Shown here piece by piece: positions 52,339-64,000 of a stretch of DNA of 64,000 bases. Within the stretch, counting starts at the first letter, position 1; the number at the start of each line of letters is the position of its first letter. The notes below the pieces were generated by a model. It was not told where the DNA came from, made no database searches, and saw nothing but the letters and a program-made list of their open reading frames with translations. The stretch covers positions 368,513-432,512 of the forward strand of contig JALMLS010000204.1 of assembly GCA_038496445.1 (NCBI GenBank), given 5' to 3'. Source of the DNA: Trichosphaerium sp. ATCC 40318. Taxonomy: Eukaryota > Protista > Tubulinea. The position numbers and the translations under genes are program-made.

Positions 52339-52662
52339 TCGATTATTTGGTAATAAACAATGTATCGTATTCAATTTGAACGTTCTATGTGAGTGTTAAT
52401 ATAAAATGAAAGAACCACTACACCGCTAGCTGCAAAGTTACCATTCAGCTTGACCTAGTTTGACATCGTTGTGCGTGTTAAGATACTTGGTTTTTAGTTA
52501 ATTTGAATCCTTTTGCACGTGATACATCGTGGAGTGCAGCGCTATTACTTGATAAAGCGATTTTGTACAACTTTTCTGAATTGTATTTATAAATTCTAAA
52601 TATCTGTGCTCCACTTCATTTGACCACTAGTTTGCGTTAGTATAAACGACGACAATAAAAAA

Positions 52663-53627
52663 ATGTCACGTTTAAAAGGAAGCAAGCATGCTGTAGCTAT
52701 CATGGGACCAGGTGGCGCAGGCACGTTTATTATCACGTGGAAATATGCTTTTAGAATGCGCTAGCAGCTGAGATCTTTTTTATTTGCTCCAAAAGTGCTA
52801 ATGTATGGTATCAGGAAAGTCAGCTTTAACTATTCGGTTCTGTACAAACACATTCGTACAAGAATACGACCCAACGATTGAAAACCAGTACGTTTCAATA
52901 AAATAATGCACTCATGAGCGAATAAATGCTCCAAACTGCACGTGTTAACTTTTATTGTATAGCTATCGTAAGCAGACTGACGTTGATGGTTCTCCATGTG
53001 TAATTGACGTGCGTTAATTATACACGTGATTTAATTATAATTTTAATGGCCTTTAGATATTCGACACTGCAGGGCAAGAGGTACGCGCAACCACCGAGTT
53101 GAACAACTATTATAACAAAAAAAAAACCAAAACCAAAAAACGACATTAGGAGTACAAAGCGATGCGAGCTCAATATATGAAACAAGGCGAAGCGTTTGTA
53201 CTGGTTTTTGTAAGTACCTTACTCTCACATTTTACGAATTTTCCCATCTACGCCATACACGTTTTCTGTCACGTGATTTTTCAAAACCATTAGCTAACAA
53301 CTTCAATTTTTTGTTTAGGATATAACAAGGAGGGAGACGTTTCAAGAGGTTGAGAGTTATATAATACAAGTATACAGAGTAAAAGATGAAGAAGATACAC
53401 CCATTGTATTGGCTGCAAACAAAATAGATAGAAGAGTAGAAAGACAAGTAACACAAGAAGCTATTGATAATCTTAGTAGCAATTATGGTATACCTTGCTT
53501 GAATACAAGTGCAAAGAATTATGTTAACGTGGATGAGACTTTTCATGAGTTATGTCGATTGGCACGTAAAAAAAGTGGATATGGTAATCCTCAAAAAAAG
53601 AAAAAGAGAAGATGCACTATCCTGTGA
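52663..53627 (+). CDS. Ras-family small GTPase, 6 exons
   Basis: GPGGAGKS, YDPTIE, DTAGQE, NKID, TSAK, polybasic KKKKRR plus CAAX CTIL. Confidence 0.95.
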
Positions 53628-54050
53628 TTTATCGCGAACTTCCAATCCAAAAAAGAAAACGCGAAAAAAAAATTGTATTGTAAAGCCTCCATTTTTCAAA
53701 AAAAAAATTTGATTGTGAGCAACCTCGTGCTATTTCTCATTGATCATTTGCAACATTCATAACAAAATTATTGAGAATACCTATAATGCTACTTGCCTAG
53801 CATCACAACAGATTGATTCCATGTTCTACAAAACAAATATCTGTACAACTTTTTGCTGTTAAAATTAAGAAAATTCTACGGGAAGTTTGCTTCTTTTTCC
53901 CAACTACCAAATGTAAAAAAGGGTAAATTTATTCTTAGTAGCACTTGCGTACTACAGATGATACAAAGGGGCACTTTATAAGGAAAAATAAAGGAGTATA
54001 ACCGATTTCGGTTTTACGAACTCTAAAACGATTCCTGTGCTCTTGTACTA

Positions 54051-54504
54051 CTATATCTCTGCGTAGTTGTTTCGTTTCTTGACGTGTAGTACAAATATAA
54101 CAACTCCAGCAATAATCACGCCCAAAACGATAACTAGACCAATTGATAGCCCAACGAAGAGCCCGACCTTTGATTTCCCATCTAGTGGAGCAGAACCGCC
54201 ACAAGTTGGCACTCTATCCACTTTACATTGTTCACCAGGCCAAACAAGAAAGTTTGTGCTATTGCACGCACTGCATTTGTTAAAGTGCTGGCACAGTTTT
54301 ACAGTGCAAGTACTGTTCGTTGTACATTTATCAAACACGCCGCCAGGACAAAAGCATTGGCAAGTCTAAACGCCTCGTAGTTAACAAATGCGATTGTACA
54401 AAGTTAAAGACAAAAAGACGTACTCCTGTTTGTTCTGCTGCTTTGCACAGACATAATAGAACGCATAGAATTACTACTGATACAGTTAGTGTTTGTAAAG
54501 CCAT
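54051..54504 (-). CDS. Small Cys-rich type I membrane protein, 2 exons
   Basis: Signal MALQTLTVSVVILCVLLCLCKA; Cys-rich ectodomain; TM VGLFVGLSIG...; short tail ending in YAEI. Confidence 0.7.
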
Positions 54505-55341
54505 TTTAGTGTATTCTGCTACAGCAGTTTGGCGAGGTCAAACGTGAAACAATTTATCACAAAACTGTTTTTGAAAAAAGCGTACCTCTTTGTAGCTCTA
54601 TTTGAGTGTAGGTTAGCTTTGAAACTATTCGTCTGTATTGTTGCCTCCTGTGTATATTGTCAGTGCCGGCTGTGTATAATCTTCAAAACACATATCTTAC
54701 TTTTTACTGGAATGTGAGTTTTTTCGCATTTCTATATTCTCGTTAAAGAAACGCTTGCGCATTTAATAGAGTGCTTACGTTTTCAAAACATAACAATTTT
54801 GTTAGGGGTTACAGCGTTGTGGTTCGTACCGTTGAATACACGCAAAGGTATACCATGCGTAGTAGAACTAATCATATTCATATTTGCTATTCTGTTTTTG
54901 GTTTCTACCTCGTTACTACATTTGTGGTATGCTTTAAATATAGTTTCTTGGACAGTACTCACATGTTCTAATTGGGAATATGCCTCTGAGAGCCACTTCC
55001 TGGCTGGTTTGCACGTCATTTAATACGGTATGGGGTGCTTCTGTATACTAGGTATCATGCGTTCAAGACTTGGAGAAGAAAAGAATGTATCCAATGGACA
55101 AAAGAAACGATGTTTGACTCGTCTAGAAAGCGCAACATAATAACTATAAGCTATAGAGGTATTACACCAGTAATGGGACTGAGTCTGTTGTTAGGTTCAT
55201 TCGATTACAACATGTGCATTGAAAGGTCATGGCCAGCTGGCTGTGTTGTCCAGTAGAGTTGAACAGAGTACTCAGACCCTCGTTGTCCACTATTGAGTTT
55301 ATGGAAGGTTTGTTGACTAACGAGCAAGTACAGTCTCTTTG

Positions 55342-55424
55342 AGTCAAGTAGTTTACTAAACTCACCGTGTTTAATAACATTAGTAAGGGATTCTCTTGAA
55401 GTCAAGTAGTTTACTAAACTCACC
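55342..55424. repeat. 25-bp exact direct repeat, period 58
   Basis: AGTCAAGTAGTTTACTAAACTCACC at 55342-55366 and 55400-55424. Confidence 0.85.
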
Positions 55425-55682
55425 AGATTTACTAACGCAGCTAATCAATTTTCGGATACTACAATGCTACAGCGTATGTAACAATGACTTCAGTAATATT
55501 GTAACAAATAACCACGTTTAGGCTCATTTATTGTAGCCTCACGGCCTAGAACCACGTGCAATAGATATCGAAAGGGTTTAGTGGAACTACCACGATTTAA
55601 ATCTAGAACTACGCAAAGAGATTATAATGTATCGCCATTCTATTGCCCATCACATCGCAGCTATGTCCATAACTCACGTGAG

Positions 55683-57397
55683 ATGACTTGCTACTCTCCT
55701 TTGAGATTCTACTCCACTGAGCCTCAAGATAATTTTGTACAAGAAATAGAACAAGTACGGCGGCACTATTGAACCTTTATTCATTTTTGTTTTTGTCACG
55801 TGATTTTTTTTTCTAACAGTTTTTTAAAACGAAGGCGTACTATAAAAACAGCAATAAGGTCTTCCAGCGTAGTTACAAAAACGGAAAAAAGAAAGGACTA
55901 GTAGAAGAGTTTTATGAAAATGGTACTCTCTCCAAAATATTTAATGTTAAAGAAGGGAAAGCAGAAGGAGAGCACAAGCAATGGAATAAAAACGGCATTT
56001 TGACTTCTCATTGCTATTATAAGAACGGTGAGATAGTGGGTGAATGCACACAGTATTATGAAAATGGAGTTAAAGAGTTTCAGTGCTATGTTAAAGATGG
56101 CAAGAAAGAAGGTGAATATAGAAAGTGGCATGACAACGGTAATATAGATGTACAATGGTATTTTAAAGAAGGCAAGGCAGACGGACAAGCCAAAGAGTGG
56201 TATAAAAGCGGTCAATTAAAGGAACTGTTCTATTGCAAAGATGGCAAGCGTGAAGGTGAACATAAAGAGTGGTATGAAACTGGTCAATTAAAGGAACTGT
56301 TCTATTGCAATAGAGACAAAAAAGAAGGAAGAGCCAAAACATGGCATGCAAATGGAAAATTAAAGCGGGACATTAACTTTTTGAATGATGAGTTTGAAGG
56401 AGAAGCGAAAGAATACTATGAGGACGGTCAATTGTGTGTACAATGTCACTACAAAGATGGCAAGAACGAAGGTGAATATAGACAGTGGCATGACAACGGT
56501 AACATAGATGTACAATGGTATTTTAAAGAAGGCAAGAAAGAAGGAGAAGCTAAAGAGTGGTATAAAAGCGGTCAATTAAGGGCAACAGAATTCTACAAGG
56601 ATGGTAAAAACGAAGGTGACTTTACAATGTGGCATGAAAACGGACAATTAAACATCCAAACAACCTATGCCAATTGTAAACAAAATGGTTTACGCAAAGA
56701 GTGGTATGAGAACGGATATATGTCATCCCTTTTGTGTTACAAAAACGACAAGTTGGAAGGTGAAGCCAAAAATTGGCATGAAAACGGGCAGATGAGTGTA
56801 CAATGTCATTTCAAAAATGACATGAAAGAAGGTGAATGCATGGAGTGGTATGAGAATGGACAGCCTGATTTCCAATGTTGTTACAAAGGTGATAAGAAAG
56901 AAGGTGAATATAAAGAGTGGCATAAAAGTGGTAACCTAAGTCAGCAATGCTATTTCAAAGATGATAAAAGAGAAGGTGAAGGCAAAGAGTGGCATGAAAA
57001 TGGTCAATTAAGTGGACATGGATACTTCAAAGAAGGCAAAAGTGAAGGTAAACACAAACAGTGGTATGAAAATGGTAAATTATCTTACACGTGCTCTTTC
57101 ATTGCTGGCGCAAAACAAGGTGAAGTCAAAGAGTGGTATGAAAGTGGTCAATTACAATTTGAATACCATTGCAAAGATGACAAACGTGAAGGTGAATACA
57201 AAGAGTGGTATGAAAGCGGTCAATTAAAAGCGCAATGCTATTTCAAAGATGACAAACGTGAAGGTGAATACAATGAGTGGCATGAAAATGGCCAACTAGG
57301 TCTTCATTGTCATTTCAAAAACGATAAAGAAGAAGGAGTCGAAAAATTATGGACTGCTGATGGTCAACTACGGGCTATATTCTTTGACAAAGGCTAA
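55683..57397 (+). CDS. MORN2/YwqK-type 24-aa repeat protein (~21 repeats), 2 exons
   Basis: Intron 55755-55819 joins the ATG exon to a frame open from 55820; repeats K.EGE.KEW(Y/H)ENGQL......K. Confidence 0.85.
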
Positions 57398-57571
57398 TGA
57401 GAATATTTCAAGAAAACAGATTTTGAGTTTACGTTTTTTTCTTGAACCTCACACAATCGAGTCAATACACTTTGTAGTTAAAATATGTGTCAATGTAACT
57501 AAGTAATCATGAAAATGGCGAATAAGTTTGCTCACAGGAAAGTGTTTATTCCTTTTTTTTTTCTGTACATT

Positions 57572-60094
57572 TCAGAGCTCAGAATCTTTAATTCCTTGCT
57601 CAAGTTGATCGTCAGCGTTTGTCTTTCTTACAACTGTTGGTTGACTAGTAACTAACAGCGGTGTATTTTCACTTAAACCACTGTTATTATCACTTGTGCT
57701 GTCATTGTCAGAAGATGAAGGAACAGTCTTCTTTTTGTAGGCTAAAGCAATAGCGACCTAAAACCAATAGTTATTATGTTTTACATGATCTCTAGATGTC
57801 TTACCGATATTACTATACCGCAGAAAATGATAAAGAAGCCAGCTGGCGCAACTTGGTAATTTCCTCTCACTTCTCTCTTAACAGATAAAAGATCTAATAC
57901 CTTAGAAGAGAAATGAGCATGAGCTACATGTAGGGAAAAAGAAAAAGTACTTACATCATCAAATAGAATACCACTGAGCGCAATTACGAATCTATGTATT
58001 TTAGCACGTGATAAAGTTATGAGGTAAATCGTACAATCTGACTGTCTCATTTCTTAAGTGTACCATGAAAAAAACAGCAAATGCTAGAATAAACGCAGAA
58101 GCTGGCAAAATGGTTAGAAATCAAAAGTATGTGTAGATCTACAGTTTGCTTTTTTCTCTTTTGTTTGGCCGTAGACAACAATGTCGTCATATTGTGGCCC
58201 TCAAGTAAGTTGATTTGAAAATATACTTCTAAAAGGAGGTTTACCTGAAACCCAGTCTTGGTTAAGCTGTTCACAAAAGCTACCACACTTGACCCACACC
58301 ATAATAACACCAATAAATAGTACATTTGAAGATATGAACAAATTAAGTATATCTAACATCAGATTCTTCGGTTTATGTAGTTTTGTTGGTACAAAGACGA
58401 GGAATGATAAGCCCTAAGGTTATATCAAGGTTAATGATCATAGGTTAGAGAAGTGAGAAGCAAAAAGACCCTTTTTTTTTTAAAATCTCCAAAATGCTGT
58501 AGTCAGTACCGTTGGGATTGTTATCATTATAGTTCCAATGAGCTGTTCTATTTTGTGAATAGACTTCAATCCACCTCGTAATATATCATGAAACTGCGAT
58601 AGCTACAAAGAAAATTATAAATGTAATAATTCTCAAACCAGCTTTCAGGTAAATTAATCAAATCACGTGCCGTAAAACTGAGAATGTCCCAATATATTAC
58701 TAAAATCTTGGAAAAAGTAAGTGATCAACAATCACGTGATTTTGTTTAGTTTGACATACTAGTAAGATGAGCATTGGGTGGCGTCTACCCCAAAGAGCTA
58801 ATATGCATAGTAGCGGAACAGATAAAGCGTATAAACCATAGTAATCATATTGAACAGTCAAATGAAGGGAATCATCAGAAGCTCCTAACAATAGAAAAAC
58901 AGTTCCGACCTACACAGAAGCTATGAGATATCACTAGACTGTTAACAGTCATACCATTGTAACACAAGTGAGACCATAAAGTAATTTAACACGCCATGTT
59001 CCGAATACATGTGAGGACGTTTTAAGCTCAGTAAAGATGACAAGACTAAAGATAACCATACCGAGCTAGAGACATTAAAAAACCCTATTTCTCGCGAACT
59101 CGTACCAAACCAAAGCCACTAAATAGAGTGCCGAGTAGTACAACGTATTGAGAGAAGTAAGACATATGCCATGAGTCCAATACGTCAGCTCTGGTGCCAT
59201 AGTAAAGATGCGTAGTAAAGGCATGTGCTGTGAAGAATATAGCAATCATTTGAGACGTTTTGTTGGAGCGTGTCATTACGCCATATAAGCAAAATAACCC
59301 AGCGAGTATACCTTGAAAAGATGGCACAAATATCATGTACCAAGGAGAACTAAACCCTGAAACAAAACATGAGCATGTGACGACAAAATTACGTCTTAGC
59401 GCTCGACTTACGCCAAGGTGCGTATTCTGGATGATGTAGGCCTGCTCTGTTTTCGAGCCACAACCAACGCATACCACAACCAATCTAAGATGCGTTAGTC
59501 TGTTAATATCACGTTTTTATCACGTGCCATTACTAATAAAAAGAGACCAGCAAGTATTAAACTGTACATTCTTTGTAAATCATCTGCTCGTTCATGTATG
59601 CTCTTAACGACTGCATACGACAAGAATAGACCTGCCACTACTAACAATGAACCAAATAAGAAGCCTGGTGGGAATCCTGGGTCGTAGTCGAATGTAAGAA
59701 TGACAAGGGTCCATTTGGCGCTTGCGGCGTAGATCAGAGAGAAGCTCTAGATAGTTTTAATAAAAAAAGAGTTGTTGACATTTTATCGGCGAAAAGAGAC
59801 AACGACGTTGTCACGTGACATACCAATAATAAGACTGCGCTATCTTTTAGTGATTTGGCTACAAAATTGAGGACAACCGCAACGACTATTGACACCAGGC
59901 AGCTTGAGTAAAGAAATTCTGTTGAAGGTGATGTATGAATGGCTATTTCTATCCATGACAGCGGTATGCCAATCTGTTGTTACACTTGAGTTTATGCGAA
60001 AAACAGCCTTTGGTTAACGTACAAATAGAAGCAGTAAGCTTATTGCTAATATAATATTAACCGCGCCTAACTTACAGCCGAATACTTCTGCCAT
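57572..60094 (-). CDS. Unknown multi-pass membrane protein
   Basis: Many hydrophobic exons; C-terminal ENTPLL dileucine-type sorting motif. Confidence 0.6.
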
Positions 60095-60302
60095 TCCTAA
60101 AACTAAATAAACGAAGTCAATGACAATCTCTTTCGAATTTGTTTCCCAAATTGCAAGCTAAAACAAAGAAAGTTCCAAGATATGCTCATAGAACCTACAT
60201 ATGAGTATTAAAATAGGCTGAGGTGACACGTGATGTACACTTTTTATAACGATTTTAGTACAACACAAATAGACAAATTAGGTTGTTAACAATGTCCTTT
60301 AC

Positions 60303-60941
60303 TTATATACTACGGTCAAGAGGTATTTTCCAACAATTTTGATAGTTTAAACATCGACTGGCCACTTCTCCATCTTTAAAGATGCCATACTCTCTCCAAC
60401 CACTTTCGTGAGCTAATGAGTACTCGCCTTGTCTGACACCATTATCAAAGAAGCAGGTAAAATACACATCACCATCTTCTAGCCACAGCTTGCTCTTCCC
60501 ATGCCTTACTCCATCTTTGAACATAGTTGATTTCGCTTTTTTCCTTCTACCAGTAAACCACACTATTCTCTTTCCGTCTTTTTTACCGTGTTTAAAATAC
60601 GCTAAACGCTTCACCCATAATTCTTGCGGTTGTGAATTTGCCTCGCTTTTTTCTATGTCCACTCTGACCTTCTCTGAGGAACAAGAGGATTCTGACTCTC
60701 CTTCATCAGGGTGGTACCGTTGCCAATTTTTGTCCAATCTCGTTGCCTCTGTACAAGAAATTTGCATCACGTTTTCTTTGCGTTGGTGATACCGAAGCCA
60801 TTTGCCATGCTTTCTTAGGCTACTATCAAACCGTGAGTTTATTGCGGTATACTTCGATAGCACAGGCCACAGCTTATAAACAAAGGGCGATTGTTCTATG
60901 ATACAATGATGAATCTCAATTGGAAGACTCAATAGATCCAT
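60303..60941 (-). CDS. F-box-like + MORN2 repeat protein, intronless
   Basis: MDLLSLPIEIHHCIIE...LWPVLSK...FDSSLRKHGKW; FKHGKKDG and FKDGVRHG repeats. Confidence 0.8.
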   Translation of the reverse strand: MDLLSLPIEIHHCIIEQSPFVYKLWPVLSKYTAINSRFDSSLRKHGKWLRYHQRKENVMQISCTEATRLDKNWQRYHPDEGESESSCSSEKVRVDIEKSEANSQPQELWVKRLAYFKHGKKDGKRIVWFTGRRKKAKSTMFKDGVRHGKSKLWLEDGDVYFTCFFDNGVRQGEYSLAHESGWREYGIFKDGEVASRCLNYQNCWKIPLDRSI

Positions 60942-61616
60942 ACGTGGAGCTCCTTAAGGTAAACTTTAACTTTTAAGTGCGCATTCATCAAACCGAAAGA
61001 AAAAAACTGTGCAACTGCTTTTTCTGGTTTAATAGTCCCTTTTTTTTGATGTCGTTGTATTGCATGCATGATTGCAGGTATGTCTTGAAAGTTAAGCAAA
61101 AACAAAAGTGGGACCATTACTTAACATGTTAAGGCAACAGCGACATTCTCGAAGCTTGTTTTTATTTAAAGACTACCGCTAATAACAACTGCGACTGTTA
61201 TAAAAAGGTTCACAGCTTGGAAACAAACATAACATACAGTATAAGGAGTAATACTAGCTAATTTACGCTCAAAATAGGCAAAAAGGTACGGCGAACCCTT
61301 AACAACCATAATATAACTATTATCCGTTTCAGTCAAGCACCTAGTTATTTCGCAGTTATTTTTCGCTCTGGAAGCACTTTATTTGCTGCAGTATCCATTG
61401 GAGCACTTTTACGAGAAAAATAAATGACAAAATAACTGGACTATTACGTTGACTGAAACGGACAATATTAAAAAACACATTTTGAAAAAAATTACTCACT
61501 CGGGCCCTTTCCGGTAAAAAAGTCCGCCGAGGTTTTGTATTAATCTTAAGTTAGCTTCAAGAATTCCATTGGAATATATCATATTCGCAAATAAGAAGAC
61601 GACAACTTTGTGGATA

Positions 61617-62675
61617 ATGTCCGATTGCAATCTACTCGGCATTCCTGCTGACGTACAAAAGTATATCTGCACTTTCAACAAGGAGACGTTCACAAAATTC
61701 CATACGCTATCAAAGAGGGCAGCTACAAATACGCACTTTGATGAAAACCTGGACCGTGTTGGAGAATGGCTAAGATGGTACAATAGTGGAAAGGTACAAC
61801 CCTATTGCTTAGTATTTATTTAATACATCAACAACTAATCATACTAAAAGGTACAAGTGCGTCAGCATGTACCAAATGGTATTGCCAAGAGATGGTATGA
61901 AACAGGAGAGCTTCATGCCAAGATTCATTTTATCGATTATAAACGCCATGGTACTGAGACACGTTGGTATCGAAGTGGTCAGATAAAATATTCTGTACCA
62001 ATTATTAATGGTGAACTCAATGGTATTGAGAAATATTGGCAAGAAAGTGGACGACTTTACTGGCAGAGTACTTATGTTGATGGTAAACAAAATGGTGAAA
62101 AAAAAGTGTGGAACATAGATGGAATACTTGTAGCTCAATGTGTATTTGTTGATGATAAACAACATGGTGTTGAACGATCATGGTATGACAATGGACAACT
62201 CAATACTCAGTGTATGTATGTTGATGGTGAACGCAATGGTGAACTCAAAGAGTGGTATGATAATGGACAATTACAAATGCAGTGTATTTATTCCGAAGGT
62301 AAAAAGAATGGTGATTACATGTACTGGCATAGTAATGGACAACCCTCGATAAAATGTAATTATGTTGATGATAAGAAAAACGGTGAGTATAAACAGTGGT
62401 TTATGAATGGTCAAATTGCAGAACAATACACAGTAGTAGACGGTGAGAAGAATGGTGAATACAAAGAGTGGCATGCCAATGGACAACTTGATATTCAGTG
62501 TGTGTATGTTGATGGTAAACGCAATGGTGAACTCAAAGAGTGGTATGAAAATGGACAACTTCTAATGCAAATTATGTATGCTGATGGACAACGCACTGGT
62601 GTAAGCAAACAGTGGGACAGAGATGGTAAAGAAATTTCTAGCAGAGGCAAGGTAATAGGAATGAACCTGTTGTAA
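61617..62675 (+). CDS. F-box-like + MORN2 repeat protein, 2 exons
   Basis: LLGIPADVQKYIC...FHTLSK...FDENLDRVGEW; intron 61794-61850; about 11 YVDG..NG..KEWY.NGQ repeats. Confidence 0.85.
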
Positions 62676-64000
62676 ATGGCATTAAATAATCTTGGCAGGG
62701 GTTAGAAAAAAGACAAGAATTAGGCTTGAAAGATCAGATAGTCTTATACTTGACTGTAGTAACCAAATAAATATAACAGTTTCTGCTGTAATAATGGCGT
62801 TGAATACGCATAGATTGCACTTTAAGGTATTCTCACATTTAGTTAGTACAGCGTTAGCAGAATTGATTATGTTGCACCGCAATGCGCCTAACTTCCACTA
62901 TGAGCATATACAGACTGATCCATTAATAATTGTAGGAAACGTAGATGTAAGTTTTTTTTTTTTCCAATAAAAATGGATTTATAAATGTCAACTTCAGAAC
63001 AAGTACTTCTTGTTTAGACTCTAAAGACATACATACAAAAAATTACTATAATTCTTTCGGCTTACGTTCGTTAATTTACATCGTTGTTTATTACTTCAGC
63101 CTTGCTGAGCATGACAGTTTTTTTTTGGATGAATATGTCACCATTTCAGGCGTTTGAATTCGTGAGACCGAACTCTAACTCAAATTAACACATCTAAATA
63201 TCAACTAACCAAATTCAATCAAACCTAATGTTAGAGTTCTAACACTCTCAGTTGACTTTCTTCTATCAACTAACCAAGGAACACTAACTAAGACAATGTT
63301 GGGAGGAAGACAAAATGTCTTGTGGCTCTAGCGCAGCGCCAAGCATTTGTTATATTATACAAGAACACTTGGAAAATAAAAGAAAGGTTTTACAGTTTTT
63401 TAAAACAAATTGAAATGGAAATTTTGGGTGGGATGTGGGTGATTGCTGCTCACCATGTTGTTTAAACTTTGTCGGTTGTTGTTGTTGTTGATTTATACAA
63501 AGTCAACTCAAGTTTACCCAAACGTCTGTAATGGAGTAAAACACGTGTACCGCCATTACTAAACCGCCAAACCTTGCTGCCAGAGCAAGGTTGTGTCTAG
63601 TGATCAGTGTGTAATCATAGGGCAAGGGATATAGTCAATCAAAGTATTACGACACCTCGAGTGCCAAGTGATTGAAAACCATGGTGGTAGAAAACCCTTG
63701 AAACTTCATTTTCTTTCCAAAACTTTTCTTTTTCCTTTTTGCTGTTTACCTTTTCTGAAAAATTCATCTTGTATGTAATGTAATTCGCACAAGTGCGCTG
63801 TAGTGTTTTATGTACAAATATACACGACATCAGTGCGCTATTGATAGCCACTAAGACGTGTCTTTCCTCCCAAACAACCGCGTATTAGTTGTCCAGCTGG
63901 TGCAACGGTTATTCTAACAGACATTTTTCTTTTTGAAAAACCAACATATTTATTTGTTGTTTAAATGGTATATATGGCTATTAGCCGGAGGTCTATGCTA

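Noticed and set aside
52663-52900. Constitutively active Ras variant
   Set aside because: Gly12, Gly13 and Gln61 equivalents are intact; the Pro is at position 11.
56000-57397. CRISPR-like array
   Set aside because: The periodicity is a 72-nt in-frame protein repeat with synonymous variation.
55683-62675. Endogenous giant-virus insertion or bacterial toxin-antitoxin locus
   Set aside because: No viral hallmark or toxin genes. The MORN2 genes are interspersed with intron-rich host genes and some carry introns.
1-64000. Alternative genetic code or widespread programmed frameshifting to explain the short ORFs
   Set aside because: The conserved genes I spliced restore with ordinary introns, and TAA, TAG and TGA all serve as terminal stops.
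1-64000. U12 (AT-AC) or non-spliceosomal introns
   Set aside because: No RTATCCTT donors at the junctions examined; all were GT-AG or GC-AG.
62680-64000. Short ORFs at the end of the window
   Set aside because: Frames are interrupted, with no recognisable motifs or consistent splice model.

Overview
Gene-dense, AT-rich eukaryotic nuclear DNA with very short intergenic spacers, most likely from an amoeboid protist (inferred from the SgcA-type cyclase, Zn2Cys6 factor and PA-7TM receptor; no marker gene is present). The ORF track is fragmented because nearly every gene is split by short spliceosomal introns (smallest about 40 nt). I hand-spliced about 28 genes in the standard code. They include a GH31 glucosidase, a PIAS/Siz-type SUMO E3, phosphoglycolate phosphatase, BCD1, a methyltransferase, MAPEG, a Zn2Cys6 TF, cofilin, an EEP phosphatase, a soluble cyclase-STAND protein, Hel2/ZNF598, mitoribosomal bL21m and uL2m, a Deg protease, a GH50-like hydrolase, Ras, and an expanded set of F-box and MORN2/LRR repeat proteins. 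Four signals stand out. (1) Most longer introns examined are filled with inverted repeats that could fold away the extra length. (2) Splice signals are relaxed: many AAG acceptors, one GAG acceptor and several GC donors. (3) The palindrome CACGTG is about 10-fold over-represented. (4) F-box/MORN2 repeat proteins have a fixed scaffold and a hypervariable strand, resembling giant-virus repeat proteins. Gene coordinates span introns and come from manual splicing; counts are by eye. No rRNA, tRNA, CRISPR array or autonomous transposon was seen.
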